Positions 52,856 to 64,000 of a stretch of 64,000 nucleotides of DNA are shown one piece after another. Position 1 is the first letter of the stretch; each line of letters begins with the position of its first letter. The notes beneath the pieces were generated by a model. That model worked only from the letters and a program-made list of their open reading frames with translations. It was not told the DNA's origin and ran no database searches. Made by a program: the position numbers and the translations under genes. Location of the stretch: NCBI GenBank assembly GCA_963743915.1, contig CAVURN010000002.1, positions 576,001-640,000 on the forward strand, given 5' to 3'. This DNA comes from an uncultured Actinomycetota bacterium. GTDB lineage: Bacteria; Actinomycetota; Actinomycetes; JAHEKZ01.

Positions 52856-53692
52856 ATGAGCAAGAACCTGGCGACGCCTCCGGACCGCGAGGACGACGCG
52901 TCCAAGCTCGACAAGAAGCTGTACGAGCGCGAGCTCTACCGGCTGCAGACCGAGCTGGCGAAGGTGCAGGAGTGGACGCGCTCGACGGGCCAGCGCGTCG
53001 TCATCATCTTCGAGGGCAGGGACGCCGCCGGCAAAGGTGGCGCCATCAAGCGGATCACCCAGTACCTGAACCCGCGCATCGCCCGCATCGTCGCCCTTCC
53101 CTCCCCCACCGAACGGCAACGCACCCAGTGGTACTTCCAGCGGTACATCGAGCACCTGCCAGCGGCCGGCGAGATCGTCCTGTTCGACCGCAGCTGGTAC
53201 AACCGCGCCGGCGTCGAGCGGGTGATGGAGTTCTGCACCTACGACGAGTACCGACGCTTCCTGCACCAGACGCCCATCTTCGAGCGGATGCTCGTCGAGG
53301 AGGGGATTCAGCTGCGCAAGTACTGGTTCAGCGTGAGCAACGAGGAGCAGGAGCGTCGGTTCCACTCGCGTCTCGATGATCCCCTCCGCCGCTGGAAGCT
53401 GTCGCCGATGGACGTCGAGTCGATCCGACGCTGGGAGGACTACTCGCGGGCGAAGGACGAGATGTTCGTCCACACCGACATCCACGAGGCGCCGTGGTTC
53501 GTCGTCGAGGCCGACGACAAGCGCAGGGCGCGGATCAACATGATCGCCCACCTGATCTCGACGCTCCCGTACGGCGAGACCGAACCGGCTCCGATCAAGC
53601 TTCCTCGCCGTCCGGCTCCCACCGGCTACCAGCGACCGGGCAAGGAGCACTTCTCCTACGTGCCCGACCACGCCGCGACCCTCACCTCCTGA
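52856..53692 (+). CDS. ppk2: Polyphosphate kinase 2
   Basis: FEGRDAAGKGG, WYFQRY, FDRSWYNRAGVE, WKLSPMD. Confidence 0.95.
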   Translation: MSKNLATPPDREDDASKLDKKLYERELYRLQTELAKVQEWTRSTGQRVVIIFEGRDAAGKGGAIKRITQYLNPRIARIVALPSPTERQRTQWYFQRYIEHLPAAGEIVLFDRSWYNRAGVERVMEFCTYDEYRRFLHQTPIFERMLVEEGIQLRKYWFSVSNEEQERRFHSRLDDPLRRWKLSPMDVESIRRWEDYSRAKDEMFVHTDIHEAPWFVVEADDKRRARINMIAHLISTLPYGETEPAPIKLPRRPAPTGYQRPGKEHFSYVPDHAATLTS

Positions 53693-53829
53693 GGCGCATG
53701 GGCCGAGCCAGCCCGAAGCAGCGCCCAGTTCAGGGCGTAGGTCGAGGCGGATCATCTCGGCCCGCTGCGACCGGTCCTCCTTTGGGCGCAGCGTGACATC
53801 TCATCGAGAGGTAGTCGCGCGCCCGACTA

Positions 53830-53854
53830 TTTACTACACTCTGCTACATCAAAA
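53830..53854 (+). promoter_or_regulatory. Promoter/operator copy A, upstream of the cupin operon
   Basis: TTTACTACACTCTGCTACATCAAAA; 21/25 identical to the reverse complement of 57236-57260; contains TACACT. Confidence 0.65.
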
Positions 53855-53893
53855 ATATTCAGGCACCGTCGTCGATGGAGGAAGGGATACGTC

Positions 53894-54226
53894 ATGGACA
53901 AGCTCTCCCTGGACGCCGTCGCACACGAACACCTGAAGATTTCCCACGAAGCCACGAGCGGCCGTAGCGGCGAAACGGTCTACGGCAGTCACGAACGACT
54001 CCTGCGCCAGACCCTCATCGCTTTGACCACCGGCACCACAATGGCCGAGCACGAGAGCCCTGGTGAAGCCACGTTGCTCGTGGTCGCTGGACACGTCCGG
54101 CTGTCTTCCGCCGACGACGAGTGTGAGGGCCTGCCCGGAGACCTGATCGCGATACCCCCAGCACGGCACACCCTCGAAGCGCTCACAGACTCTGCCGTCC
54201 TACTCACCGTGGCCAAGGACAGATGA
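53894..54226 (+). CDS. Cupin domain protein
   Basis: LRQTLIAL..G....EHESPGEATL.V..G, IPPARH.L.A..DS..LLTV. Confidence 0.85.
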   Translation: MDKLSLDAVAHEHLKISHEATSGRSGETVYGSHERLLRQTLIALTTGTTMAEHESPGEATLLVVAGHVRLSSADDECEGLPGDLIAIPPARHTLEALTDSAVLLTVAKDR

Positions 54227-54537
54227 CAATGCCCAAGCACACCAGCGGCCAACATTGTGATCACGCGGATCTGGGCCGTATCCACGAAGCCCTCAACGAG
54301 ACCTACTCCGAGACTCTCACCGATGTGCGCAACAAGGCCGAGGGTCTTGACCGGGCAGCATGCGGTCCACACCTGACCCACCTTGCCGAACTCGCTGCCG
54401 CCGCTGCTGCCGGTGGCGCCTCGGCCAGCACATGGCGTGACGACATCCTTGCCAACGCCGGTCCGTCGGCGGCCGGCCCTCTCGATGCCGCCGAGGCCTG
54501 CATGCGCCAATCCGGTCTCTGGCCCTGGAATCCCTGA
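54223..54537 (+). CDS. Hypothetical His/Cys-containing protein
   Basis: ATGA overlap with the cupin gene; HCDH, C..H..H, CMRQSGLWPW. Confidence 0.65.
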   Translation: MTMPKHTSGQHCDHADLGRIHEALNETYSETLTDVRNKAEGLDRAACGPHLTHLAELAAAAAAGGASASTWRDDILANAGPSAAGPLDAAEACMRQSGLWPWNP

Positions 54538-54597
54538 GTGACCGCTTCACCTCACGGTGGTCAAACCCTGACCAGGTAAATACTGAGAAGGAGTCCC

Positions 54598-55836
54598 ATG
54601 GAGCAGCACACCATGGTGATCGTTGGCGCGGGTCTGGCCGGGGCCAGGGCCGCGCAGACGCTGCGTGACGAGGGCCACGACGGGCGCATCCTGCTGGTTG
54701 GTGACGAACCGGAACGACCCTACGCGCGGCCCGACCTCTCCAAGGGATACCTCCTGGGGACCGCGACACGAGACTCGCTCTACGTCCACGCCGAGGGTTG
54801 GTACACCGAGAACGATGTGGACCTACGCACGGAAACAAGAGTCACTGACCTTGACCTCGCCACCCGTGAGGTAGTGCTCGACGACGGTGAACGCATCGGG
54901 TTCGAGGCTGCCCTACTCACGACCGGATCGTCTCCCCGGAAGATCACCGTGCCAGGGGCGGGGCTCGCCGGCGTCCACTACCTGCGTCGCCTGTCCGACT
55001 CCGACGCGTTGCGTTCGGCCATGACCGGTGAGGTTCGGCGGGTCGTCGTGATCGGAGGTGGCTGGATCGGGCTCGAGGTTGCGGCGGCCGCACGTACCCT
55101 TGGTCACGACGTCACCGTCATCGAGCCGCAAGCGATGGTGCTCCGTGGACCATTGGGCGACGAGCTCGGTGCCGTGTTCGCCGACCTTCACCGCACCAAC
55201 GGCGTACGACTGCTACTAGGCGTCGGCGCCACCGAGCTCCGTGGCCAGTCCGGAGTCGCCACGACAGTAGTCACGACGGCCGAAGAGGAGATCCGGGCCG
55301 ACCTGATCGTCGTCGGTGTCGGTGCGAGCCCCAACACCGATCTAGCCCAACGCGCCGGCCTCTCCGTGGACAACGGCGTGACCGCCGACGAGTCGCTGCG
55401 CACATCCCACCCAGACGTCTTCGTTGCAGGGGACATTGCAAACGCCTTGCACCCTGTGTTTCGTCGTCCACTGCGGGTAGAGCACTGGTCGAACGCGCTC
55501 CACTCCGGTCCGGCCGCAGCTCGGTCGATGCTCGGGCATCAGGTCAGCTACGACCGGATCCCGTACTTCTATACCGACCAGTTCGACCTCGGGATGGAGT
55601 ACTCCGGCGACACTGGACCCGCTGGCCACGACCGGATCGTCTACCGGGGTGAACCAGGCTCCGGGGCCTTTATCGCTTTCTGGCTCCGCGATGAACGGGT
55701 TGTCGCCGGGATGAACGTCAACGTCTGGGACGTGGCCGACTCGATCCAAGGTCTCATCCGCTCCGGCGCAGCTGTCAACGCGTCGGCCCTGGCCGACCCG
55801 GACGTGCCGCTCGACGACGTTACTCAGTCGAGATAG
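54598..55836 (+). CDS. FAD-dependent NAD(P)H ferredoxin reductase-like oxidoreductase
   Basis: GAGLAG, PYARPDLSK, IGGGWIGLE, VAGD, RVEHW.NA, PYFYTDQFD. Confidence 0.9.
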   Translation: MEQHTMVIVGAGLAGARAAQTLRDEGHDGRILLVGDEPERPYARPDLSKGYLLGTATRDSLYVHAEGWYTENDVDLRTETRVTDLDLATREVVLDDGERIGFEAALLTTGSSPRKITVPGAGLAGVHYLRRLSDSDALRSAMTGEVRRVVVIGGGWIGLEVAAAARTLGHDVTVIEPQAMVLRGPLGDELGAVFADLHRTNGVRLLLGVGATELRGQSGVATTVVTTAEEEIRADLIVVGVGASPNTDLAQRAGLSVDNGVTADESLRTSHPDVFVAGDIANALHPVFRRPLRVEHWSNALHSGPAAARSMLGHQVSYDRIPYFYTDQFDLGMEYSGDTGPAGHDRIVYRGEPGSGAFIAFWLRDERVVAGMNVNVWDVADSIQGLIRSGAAVNASALADPDVPLDDVTQSR

Positions 55837-55867
55837 CCACAACGCGACTTGGTCTGCCCGAACCCTT

Positions 55868-56239
55868 TCAACTGCTGGACTCGTTCAAGAGGTCGACGAG
55901 AACCTTCGCATGACTGATCTCCGCCTGCTTGGTGGCCGTGAGCAGGGTGAGGTTCTTGCGTGTGGCAAGGGCACGCAGGTGATCGAAGGCCGCGGCGCGC
56001 TCGGGCTCATCGAGTTCTACTAGATACCGATCGCGGAACTGCCCGAACAACTCACGATCATGGCCATACCAGGTACGAAGCTCCGTCGAAGGCGCAACGG
56101 CTTTGCACCACTCGTCGAGGTCAGCCTTCTCCTTGGACAGGCCCCGTGGCCAAATCCGGTCAACCAGAACCCGGGATCCATCGCCTGCCCGACGCTCGTC
56201 GTAGGCGTGTCCAACCCGGATCGTGTGCAGATCTGCCAT
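55868..56239 (-). CDS. DUF488 (YeaO-like) protein
   Basis: DG.RVLVDRIWPRGLSKE, APSTELR.WY.H, F..F..RY..EL. Confidence 0.88.
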   Translation of the reverse strand: MADLHTIRVGHAYDERRAGDGSRVLVDRIWPRGLSKEKADLDEWCKAVAPSTELRTWYGHDRELFGQFRDRYLVELDEPERAAAFDHLRALATRKNLTLLTATKQAEISHAKVLVDLLNESSS

Positions 56240-56546
56240 TGGTGAGCAAGCGTACGCGTCGCCAGACGTACTACCTTCTAGGCATCGCCTGGTCCTCGCT
56301 TCGGGGGTGATCGCGTCGGCGTCCCTCGGATTCAAGAATCACGTCTTCCTCGAACTGCTCACCTGTTCCGTGGGCGAAGTCATGGGACGTGGCGGCTACG
56401 AGTCTGTAGCGCGAACCCGATCAGCAGGGCAGACATCAACGGGTCGGCCGCAGTAACTGCCTGCTCCTAGCTGGGTTCCACCGCAACGAAGACGAGAAGC
56501 CAGAGAGCGACTATCGCCCCGACATGCAGGTGCCATGGCGCTCGCT

Positions 56547-57242
56547 TCACGTGGCCACCCGGCGGGCGGCCGGGTGCATTCGGAGCCGACAGGCACCTGG
56601 TTCAGCGAAGGGAAGCAGCTCGGCACCCTCTGGATCTCCCCCCAACTCGGCCAAAGCGCCACGGACGATGCCGAGATGCACCGGACAGACCACGTCTGGT
56701 TGCGCACGTGCGGCGTCGAGCAGAGGGCACCTGATCAGCTGGGCGCTCGTCGCTCGCGAATCGGGTCGCGGAGCAAACCCGAGTCCTTCGAGGAGATCGA
56801 TGACCGCACGCCGAGCGCGCGCAGGCGTCCCCGCTGAGGCGCCAGCAACCAAGACCTTGCCCCAAGCCTCACCGGCACTTATCGCATCCGAACGGGGGTT
56901 CACACTGCTTCTTGACAGCTGACCGGCAAGTGCAGTGGCCAATCCGGCGTAGTCGCGGACGCGGTGGTCCGGTTCGGTGTTCTGGATGGCAGCCGCGTAT
57001 ACCCATGCTGGACGACCGCGGCCATTGGCGGCCGAGCGCTCGCGGGTAACAAGTCGGCGCTCAACGAGCGCATCGAGGTGCTTTCGCACCGTGTTGGCGT
57101 GAAGATCCAGTTGGGTCGCCAGCGCGCCGACCGTCGTTGCCGAATCAGACCGCTGCAGCTCCTCCAGAACTCGAGATCGCTGCGGGGACAGGGACGCGTG
57201 ACCCACATCATGCCGAGTTGGTGCAGGACCCATTATTTTCAC
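56547..57242 (-). CDS. wHTH regulator with three C-terminal Cys (ArnR/SufR-like metalloregulator)
   Basis: LH.NTVR.HLD.L, GRGRPAW.Y; CP-x12-C..H..-C. Confidence 0.82.
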   Translation of the reverse strand: MKIMGPAPTRHDVGHASLSPQRSRVLEELQRSDSATTVGALATQLDLHANTVRKHLDALVERRLVTRERSAANGRGRPAWVYAAAIQNTEPDHRVRDYAGLATALAGQLSRSSVNPRSDAISAGEAWGKVLVAGASAGTPARARRAVIDLLEGLGFAPRPDSRATSAQLIRCPLLDAARAQPDVVCPVHLGIVRGALAELGGDPEGAELLPFAEPGACRLRMHPAARRVAT

Positions 57243-57260
57243 GTATCACAGTGTAGTAAA
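57236..57260 (-). promoter_or_regulatory. Promoter/operator copy B, overlapping the regulator start
   Basis: Minus strand TTTACTACACTGTGATACGTGAAAA; TACACT is 7 nt before GTG 57242. Confidence 0.65.
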
Positions 57261-57304
57261 TTGAGCTCAAAAGACACACACCAGACGCACGGAAAGAGAT
57301 TTCC

Positions 57305-57651
57305 ATGGCAACGGAGGATGACGCCGAAGCAATCGACGCAGTTGTCGTCCATCACGCCGTTTTCGCCGAGGCACTCACTGCCCGCGTTGCGGCGCTGACG
57401 AGGAGCGAGGACTGTTCGCCGAGCTGCGCCTGGACTCTGAGTTCACCGCGCACGTCGATGCGCTGTGCACCGAGCATCGCACAATCGAGGACCTCTTGAC
57501 CCGAGTGTCTCGGGGTGATCTCGGGGCAGGCGAAGCCCTGGAGAAACCTCTTCGACGCCACATCGTCAAGGAGGAGAACGGCGTATTCCCGGCTGCCGCG
57601 ATCGCCCTCGACTGCGCGGCCTGGGACAGATTGGACGTTCTCGGATCGTGA
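57305..57651 (+). pseudogene. Deleted or chimeric hemerythrin (HHE) gene
   Basis: N-terminus MATEDD..AVVVHHA joined out of frame near 57397 to DEERGLF..HVDALCTEH..HIVKEENGVFP..stop 57651. Confidence 0.7.
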
Positions 57652-58415
57652 GCACGTACCTGCCGCCACAGCACGGCGCCTGGGCCTTCTTGGCGCTGCC
57701 GCTCGTGCTCGGGTTCATCGTGACGCCGTGGACTCCGCTGTTGCTTGTTCTGGCAATGGCCTGGATTGCCGCCTATCCGCTGTCGTACGCCGCGTTCGGC
57801 CTCGTCCGGGCCAAGCGCCCCCAACGCTTTCGCGCGCCCTTCCTCCTTTGGTGTGCGGTCGTCGTGCCAGCTGTGGTCGTCCTACTGGTGTGGCGTCCCT
57901 GGCTGCTGTGGGTGGGCCTCGGATACGCCGTTCTGTTCGCCGTCAACCTCGCCTACGCGCGTCGCAACAACGAACGAGCTCTCACCAACGACGTCGTATT
58001 CGTCATCGAGTGCGCGGCAATGGTGCCCGTGACATGGGCGGTGGGGGCAGGAGGCAAGTCATGGACGCCACCGAGCTTCGGTGAGGTGCCTGACGATGTA
58101 TGGATCCTCACCTTGGTCTGCGCGCTCGTGCTGCTCGGCTCGACACTGCACGTGAAGTCATTGATTCGCGAGCGCCGGGACCCACGGTACGCACGAGCAT
58201 CGCTCGTCGTTGCCTCTCTCTCCGTGCTTACGGCCGTGGTCCTGGCGGTCTGGTGGGAGTGGCCCTCTGGTGCCTGGCTGATCGCACCATTTGCTGTGCT
58301 CGCCGTTCGGGCGTTTGCAGTACCTGGTCGATCAATGCGTCCCGGAGCGATCGGCATGATCGAACTCGCCTGCTTCGTGCTGGTGGCCGTGTCGGCGGTT
58401 CTCGCCGCCACATAG
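57648..58415 (+). CDS. YwiC-like membrane protein
   Basis: LPPQHGAWAFL..P, ER.L.ND, HVKSLIRER, IGMIE. Confidence 0.88.
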   Translation: MSTYLPPQHGAWAFLALPLVLGFIVTPWTPLLLVLAMAWIAAYPLSYAAFGLVRAKRPQRFRAPFLLWCAVVVPAVVVLLVWRPWLLWVGLGYAVLFAVNLAYARRNNERALTNDVVFVIECAAMVPVTWAVGAGGKSWTPPSFGEVPDDVWILTLVCALVLLGSTLHVKSLIRERRDPRYARASLVVASLSVLTAVVLAVWWEWPSGAWLIAPFAVLAVRAFAVPGRSMRPGAIGMIELACFVLVAVSAVLAAT

Positions 58416-58585
58416 GGCCTGCGACGACTCAGGTGCGCCGGCACCACAGAGGACCTACCGGCCAGGTCTTCACCGCGGGGTCAACCAATGCGGGTCCGGC
58501 TGGCCTTGACGGCCCGGGCGGAGTTGTGGGGGGTCCACAACCCCCGGAAACCGGGTGCATCAGCGGTTCACCTACCCTGCGGGGC

Positions 58586-59772
58586 ATGCCGTCCCCACGG
58601 GCCAGCGCCGCCACCGTGCGCCGGATCGAGCGCGCCTCCGGCCAGCTCGCCAGCGAGGCGATGGCCCGCGTCGAGGCGTCACTCCCCTGGTTCCGCGCGA
58701 TGTCGGCCGAGGACCGCTCCTGGATCACGCTGGTCGCACAGGCGGGCATCGGCGCCTTCGTCGCCTGGAGCCGGCGGCCGGACGCCGCACGCGCCATCAC
58801 CGCCGAGGTGTTCGGCTCCGCGCCGCGCGAGCTGGCCCGCGTGGTCACGCTGCAGCAGACCGTCGAGCTGGTGCGGACCACGATCGAGGTCGTCGAGGAG
58901 CACTCCGCCGAGCTCGCCGCCCCCGGGGACGAGGCACAGCTGCGTGAGGCGGTGCTGGTCTTCGCCCGCGAGGTGGCCTTCGCCGCCGCCGAGGTCTACG
59001 CCCAGGCAGCCGAGGTGCGGGGCGCCTGGGATGCCCGGCTGGAGTCGCTGCTGGCCGACGCCGTCATGCGCGGCGACGTCGGCGACGACGACCTCTCGCG
59101 AGCCGCCGCACTGGGCTGGTCGCGCGCGCCCGCATGTGTTCGCCATGGCCGGCACGACGCCGGACGCCACCGCCGCGACGGTCGTCGACGCGCTCCGGCG
59201 CGCCGCACGTCACAACGGGCTGGACGCGGTCAGCGGCGTCCACGGCCACGAGCTGATCTGCGTGCTGGGCGGCACGCTCGGGGAGGCCCTCGACCCGCTT
59301 CCTGCGGCGTCGGCACTGGTCGCCCAGTTCGGCCCCGGCCAGGTCGTCGTCGGACCGGTCGTCGACGACCTCACGCGGGCCGTCCGTTCGGTCGCGGCGG
59401 CCCGAGCCGGCCTGCGCGCCGCAGCCGGGTGGCCGGATGCGCCACGCCCGGTGCTCCGCCGACGCCCTGCTCCCCGAGCGGGCGCTCGACGGTGACGCCG
59501 AGGCGCGTCGCACGCTCGTGCAGCACGTCTACCGACCACTCGCCGAGGCCGGAGGCGGGCTGTTGGAGACCGCGGCCGCGGTGCTCGAGCAGTCCCCGTC
59601 GCTGGAGGCCGCCGCCCGGGCGCTCTTCGTCCACGCCAACACCGTCCGCTACCGGCTCCGCAGGATCACCGACGTCAGCGGGCTGGTCCCCACCGAGCCT
59701 CGCGACGCCTTCACCTTGCGGGTGGCCCTGACCCTTGGCCGACTCGACGAGCACCCACCGCCGATCTTGTAG
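58586..59772 (+). CDS. fasR: PucR/CdaR family fatty acid synthesis regulator (FasR/MabR-like), apparent frameshifts near 59130 and 59455
   Basis: [43 protein letters not shown]; directly upstream of fabD. Confidence 0.88.
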
Positions 59773-59783
59773 GAATCCCACAA
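59767..59783. promoter_or_regulatory. FasR/MabR-type operator
   Basis: TTGT-N9-ACAA at the regulator 3' end, upstream of fabD. Confidence 0.65.
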
Positions 59784-59849
59784 CGCAACCCCTCGGGCTT
59801 GGTTCGCGCCGGTACCGGTTCCCGACGCGCGGTGGGGCAGAGTGGCTCC

Positions 59850-61035
59850 GTGCTCGTCATCGTCGCGCCCGGTCAGGGCGCCCAGGCTCCCGGCTTCCTC
59901 TCCCCCTGGCTCGAGCTGCCCGGATTCGAGGAGCGCCTCCAGTGGCTCGCCGCGGTGGCAGACCTCGATCTGCTGCACTTCGGCACCGAGGCTGACGCCG
60001 ACACCATCCGGGACACCGCCGTCGCCCAGCCGCTGCTGGTGGCGTCCGGACTGGTCTCGCTGCTCAGCCTCTTCCCCCATCCGGCCGACGCGTTCGGCAA
60101 GGTGGGCGTCGGCGCCGGTCACTCGGTCGGTGAGATCACCGCCGCCGCAGCCGCCGGCGTCATGTCGGCCGAGCAGGCGATGGTCTTCGTCCGCGAACGC
60201 GGCAAGGCCATGAAGGCCGCGGCAGCCGTCACCGAGACCGGGATGACCGCCGTCCTCGGCGGTGACCAGGAGACCGTCGTCGCGGCCATCGAGAAGCACG
60301 GCCTCACCGCTGCGAACATCAACGGTGCCGGCCAGATCGTCGCCGCAGGCACGACCGAGGACCTCGCACGCTTCCACGACGATCCCCCCGAGGGGACACG
60401 GCTCCGCCCGCTCTCGGTGGCAGGTGCGTTCCACACCCAGCACATGGCACCGGCGGTCAGCACCCTCGCCGGGTACGCACGAGCCATCTACACGCACGAC
60501 GCCCGCACCCGCCTGCTGTCGAACGCCGACGGTGGCGTCGTCCAGACCGGCCGCGAGTACCTCGCCCACCTGGTGCAACAGGTCTCCAGCCCGGTCCGGT
60601 GGGACCTGTGCATGCAGACCATGACCGACCTCGGCGTGACGGCGCTGATCGAGGTGCCGCCGGCGGGGACGCTGGCCGGCCTCGCCAAGCGGGCCATGCC
60701 CGGCGTCGAGGTCGTGGCGCTCAAGACACCCGACGACCTCGAGGCCGCCCGCGACCTCGTCGAACGTCACGGGACGCCCAGCCTGCTCGACTCCTCACCG
60801 TCCTGGCGGATGCTGGTCGCCCCGGCCAAGGGCATGTTCCGACGCGGCGTCGCCGCCGTCGGCGACGATCTCGAGCCTGGAGCCATCGCGGGCGTCGTCG
60901 CCACCAACCGGGGCGAGCAGCCGGTCGTCGCCCCGCACGGAGGAACCGTCGTCGAGTGGCTCGTCGAGGACGGCGACCCCGATCTCGCCCGGGCAGCCGG
61001 TCGTCCGCCTGCACCCGCACGAAGGTCTGTCGTGA
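59850..61035 (+). CDS. fabD: Malonyl-CoA:ACP transacylase with C-terminal biotinyl/lipoyl-like domain; extra C near 60980
   Basis: APGQGAQ, GHSVGE, VAGAFHT, PVRW; corrected tail [17 protein letters not shown]..stop 61035. Confidence 0.9.
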
Positions 61036-62037
61036 GCGCACCGCTCAGCCCTCGTCCCGGTGCCCCGTTCGCGCGGATCCTGGGCGTCGGTGGCTACCGT
61101 CCCGCGCGCGTCGTCACCAACGACGACATCTGCCAGTACATCGACTCCTCCGACGAGTGGATCCGTGAGCGCTCCGGGATCGTCACCCGTCACTTCGCCG
61201 ACGCCGACGAGACGGTGGTCGACATGTCCGCGGCGGCCGCCGGCCAAGGCGCTCGCGGCCGCAGGCGTCGCCGCCGACCAGATCGACACCGTGATCGTCA
61301 GCACCGTCACCCACCTGACGCAGACGCCGTCCGCCGCTGCGGAGCTCGCCTTCCGGCTCGGCACCAAGGCCCCTGCCGCGTTCGACCTCAGCGCTGCGTG
61401 CGCCGGCTTCAGCTACGGCCTCGCGATCGCCCAGGACCTCATCCGGGGTGGCAGCGCGACCCACGTGCTGGTCGTCGGCGTCGAGAAGCTCTCGGACCTC
61501 ACCGACCCCACCGACCGCAGCATCGCGTTCATCTTCGGCGACGGTGCGGGAGCGGTCGTCGTCGGGCCGTCCGACACCCCCGGCATCGGGCCGGTCATCT
61601 GGGGGTCGGACGGCGAGCAGACCGAGGCCATCACGCAGGACTTCACGTGGAACGTGCTGCGGGACGACCCCGGTCACAAGTTTCCCTCGCTGCGCATGAA
61701 CGGCCAACAGGTGTTCCGCTGGGCGGTCTTCGAGATCGCCAAGGTCGCGCAGGAGGCACTCGACGCCGCAGGCATCACCTCAGAGCAGCTCGACGTCTTC
61801 ATCCCGCACCAGGCCAACATGCGGATCACCGACGCGATGAAGAAGAAGCTCAATCTGCCGGACCGGGTGGTCGTCGCGAGGGACATCGCCGAGACGGGAA
61901 ACACCTCGGCGGCGTCGATCCCGCTCGCGATGGGCCGCATGCTCGAAGAGGGTCAGATCAAGAAGGGCGACGTCGCGCTGCTCATCGGCTTCGGCGCCGG
62001 ACTCGTCTACTCCGCGCAGGTCGTCGTCGTGCCATAG
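61032..62037 (+). CDS. fabH: Beta-ketoacyl-ACP synthase III, apparent frameshift near 61240
   Basis: SDEWI..RSGI, AACAGF, FGDGAGA, PHQAN, GNTSAAS, GFGAGL. Confidence 0.92.
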
Positions 62038-62104
62038 TCGTCCCGACCTCCCGCCTCCGCGGGAACAACCAGCAGATGCCAGTCACCGATCACAAGGAGC
62101 TCCC

Positions 62105-62350
62105 ATGGCGGACCAGCAGGAGATTCTCAGCGGCCTCGCTGAGATCGTGAACGAGGTCGCGGGTGTGCCCGTGGACAGCGTTCAGCTCGACAAGGCTTTC
62201 ACCGACGACCTGGACATCGACTCGCTGTCCATGGTCGAGGTGGTCGTGGCCGCCGAGGAGAAGTTCGGCGTCAAGATCCCCGACGACGACGTCAAGGACC
62301 TCCGCACCGTCGGCGATGCCGTCTCGTACATCGCGCAGGCCGGGGCCTGA
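62105..62350 (+). CDS. acpP: Acyl carrier protein
   Basis: [11 protein letters not shown] phosphopantetheine Ser; AAGGAG RBS. Confidence 0.96.
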   Translation: MADQQEILSGLAEIVNEVAGVPVDSVQLDKAFTDDLDIDSLSMVEVVVAAEEKFGVKIPDDDVKDLRTVGDAVSYIAQAGA

Positions 62351-62353
62351 ACC

Positions 62354-63618
<1,265 letters not shown>

Positions 63619-63622
<4 letters not shown>

Positions 63623-64000
63623 CCACGACCGAACCGGCCCCGGCGCCCGCCAGGAAACCGAAGATCCCCCGCGAGGACGATCCCCGCAACCCGAACAAGC
63701 GGCTGCGCGCGCTGTTCGACGACGGGACGTTCGTCGCGCTCACCGCCGACGGTGACTCCGGAATGCTCGCCGGCCACGGCCTCGTCCGCGGCACGCATGC
63801 AGTGGCCTTCGCGTCGGACGCCACCGTCATGGGCGGCGCCATGGGTGCCGAGGGCTGCAAGGTCATCCTCGCCGCCTACGCCCGTGCCCTCGCCGACGAC
63901 ATCCCGGTGATCGGGCTGTGGCACTCCGGCGGCGCGCGGCTGGCTGAAGGCGTCGTCTCGCTGCACGCCGTCGGCGAGGTCTTCAACATCATGACCCGCG
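63619..64000 (+). CDS. Acyl-CoA carboxylase carboxyltransferase (AccD6-like), partial
   Basis: Hand translation DPR.P..RL..LFD, DATVMGGAMG, W.SGGARL.EG; GTGA overlap with fabF. Confidence 0.88.

Noticed and set aside
56240-56546. Gap between DUF488 and the regulator
   Set aside because: Possibly decayed coding sequence, but no frame gave a recognisable motif.
59799-62150. 783-aa apparent FabD-FabH fusion ORF
   Set aside because: Removing one C at 60977-60980 restores a fabD stop at 61035 overlapping the fabH GTG. The ORF also becomes non-homologous after ~61240, so it is an indel artefact.

Overview
High-GC actinomycete (Actinomycetota) chromosome segment. The core backbone is tdh-kbl, glnE-glnA2, nadE, panB, npdG, map, ppgK, rnpB, yaaA, Nif3/Zn-ribbon/RNase H-phosphatase, tRNA-Val(TAC), peroxiredoxin, DUF3052, aceE, ppk2 and fasR-fabD-fabH-acpP-fabF-accD. 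Accessory blocks are an otsB-GH15-otsA trehalose operon, a gnd-pgl-zwf/GH15 block, a fructose PTS operon, a SigF/SigB-type three-gene operon and a ~4.6 kb redox/NO-type island between ppk2 and fasR. About a dozen single-base frameshifts, several in housekeeping genes, look like consensus errors rather than biology. The best candidate for an undescribed system is an AbiEi-HTH/PD-(D/E)XK-like gene bracketed by two 72-bp palindromes built from the same 22-bp arm, a REPIN-like arrangement with no RAYT. Other leads are an ArnR/SufR-like regulator with a duplicated 25-bp operator beside a hemerythrin deletion scar, DosR-like boxes, a CTG start codon and a FabD carrying a lysine-less lipoyl-like tail. 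Product calls come from motif recognition only; no database search was run.
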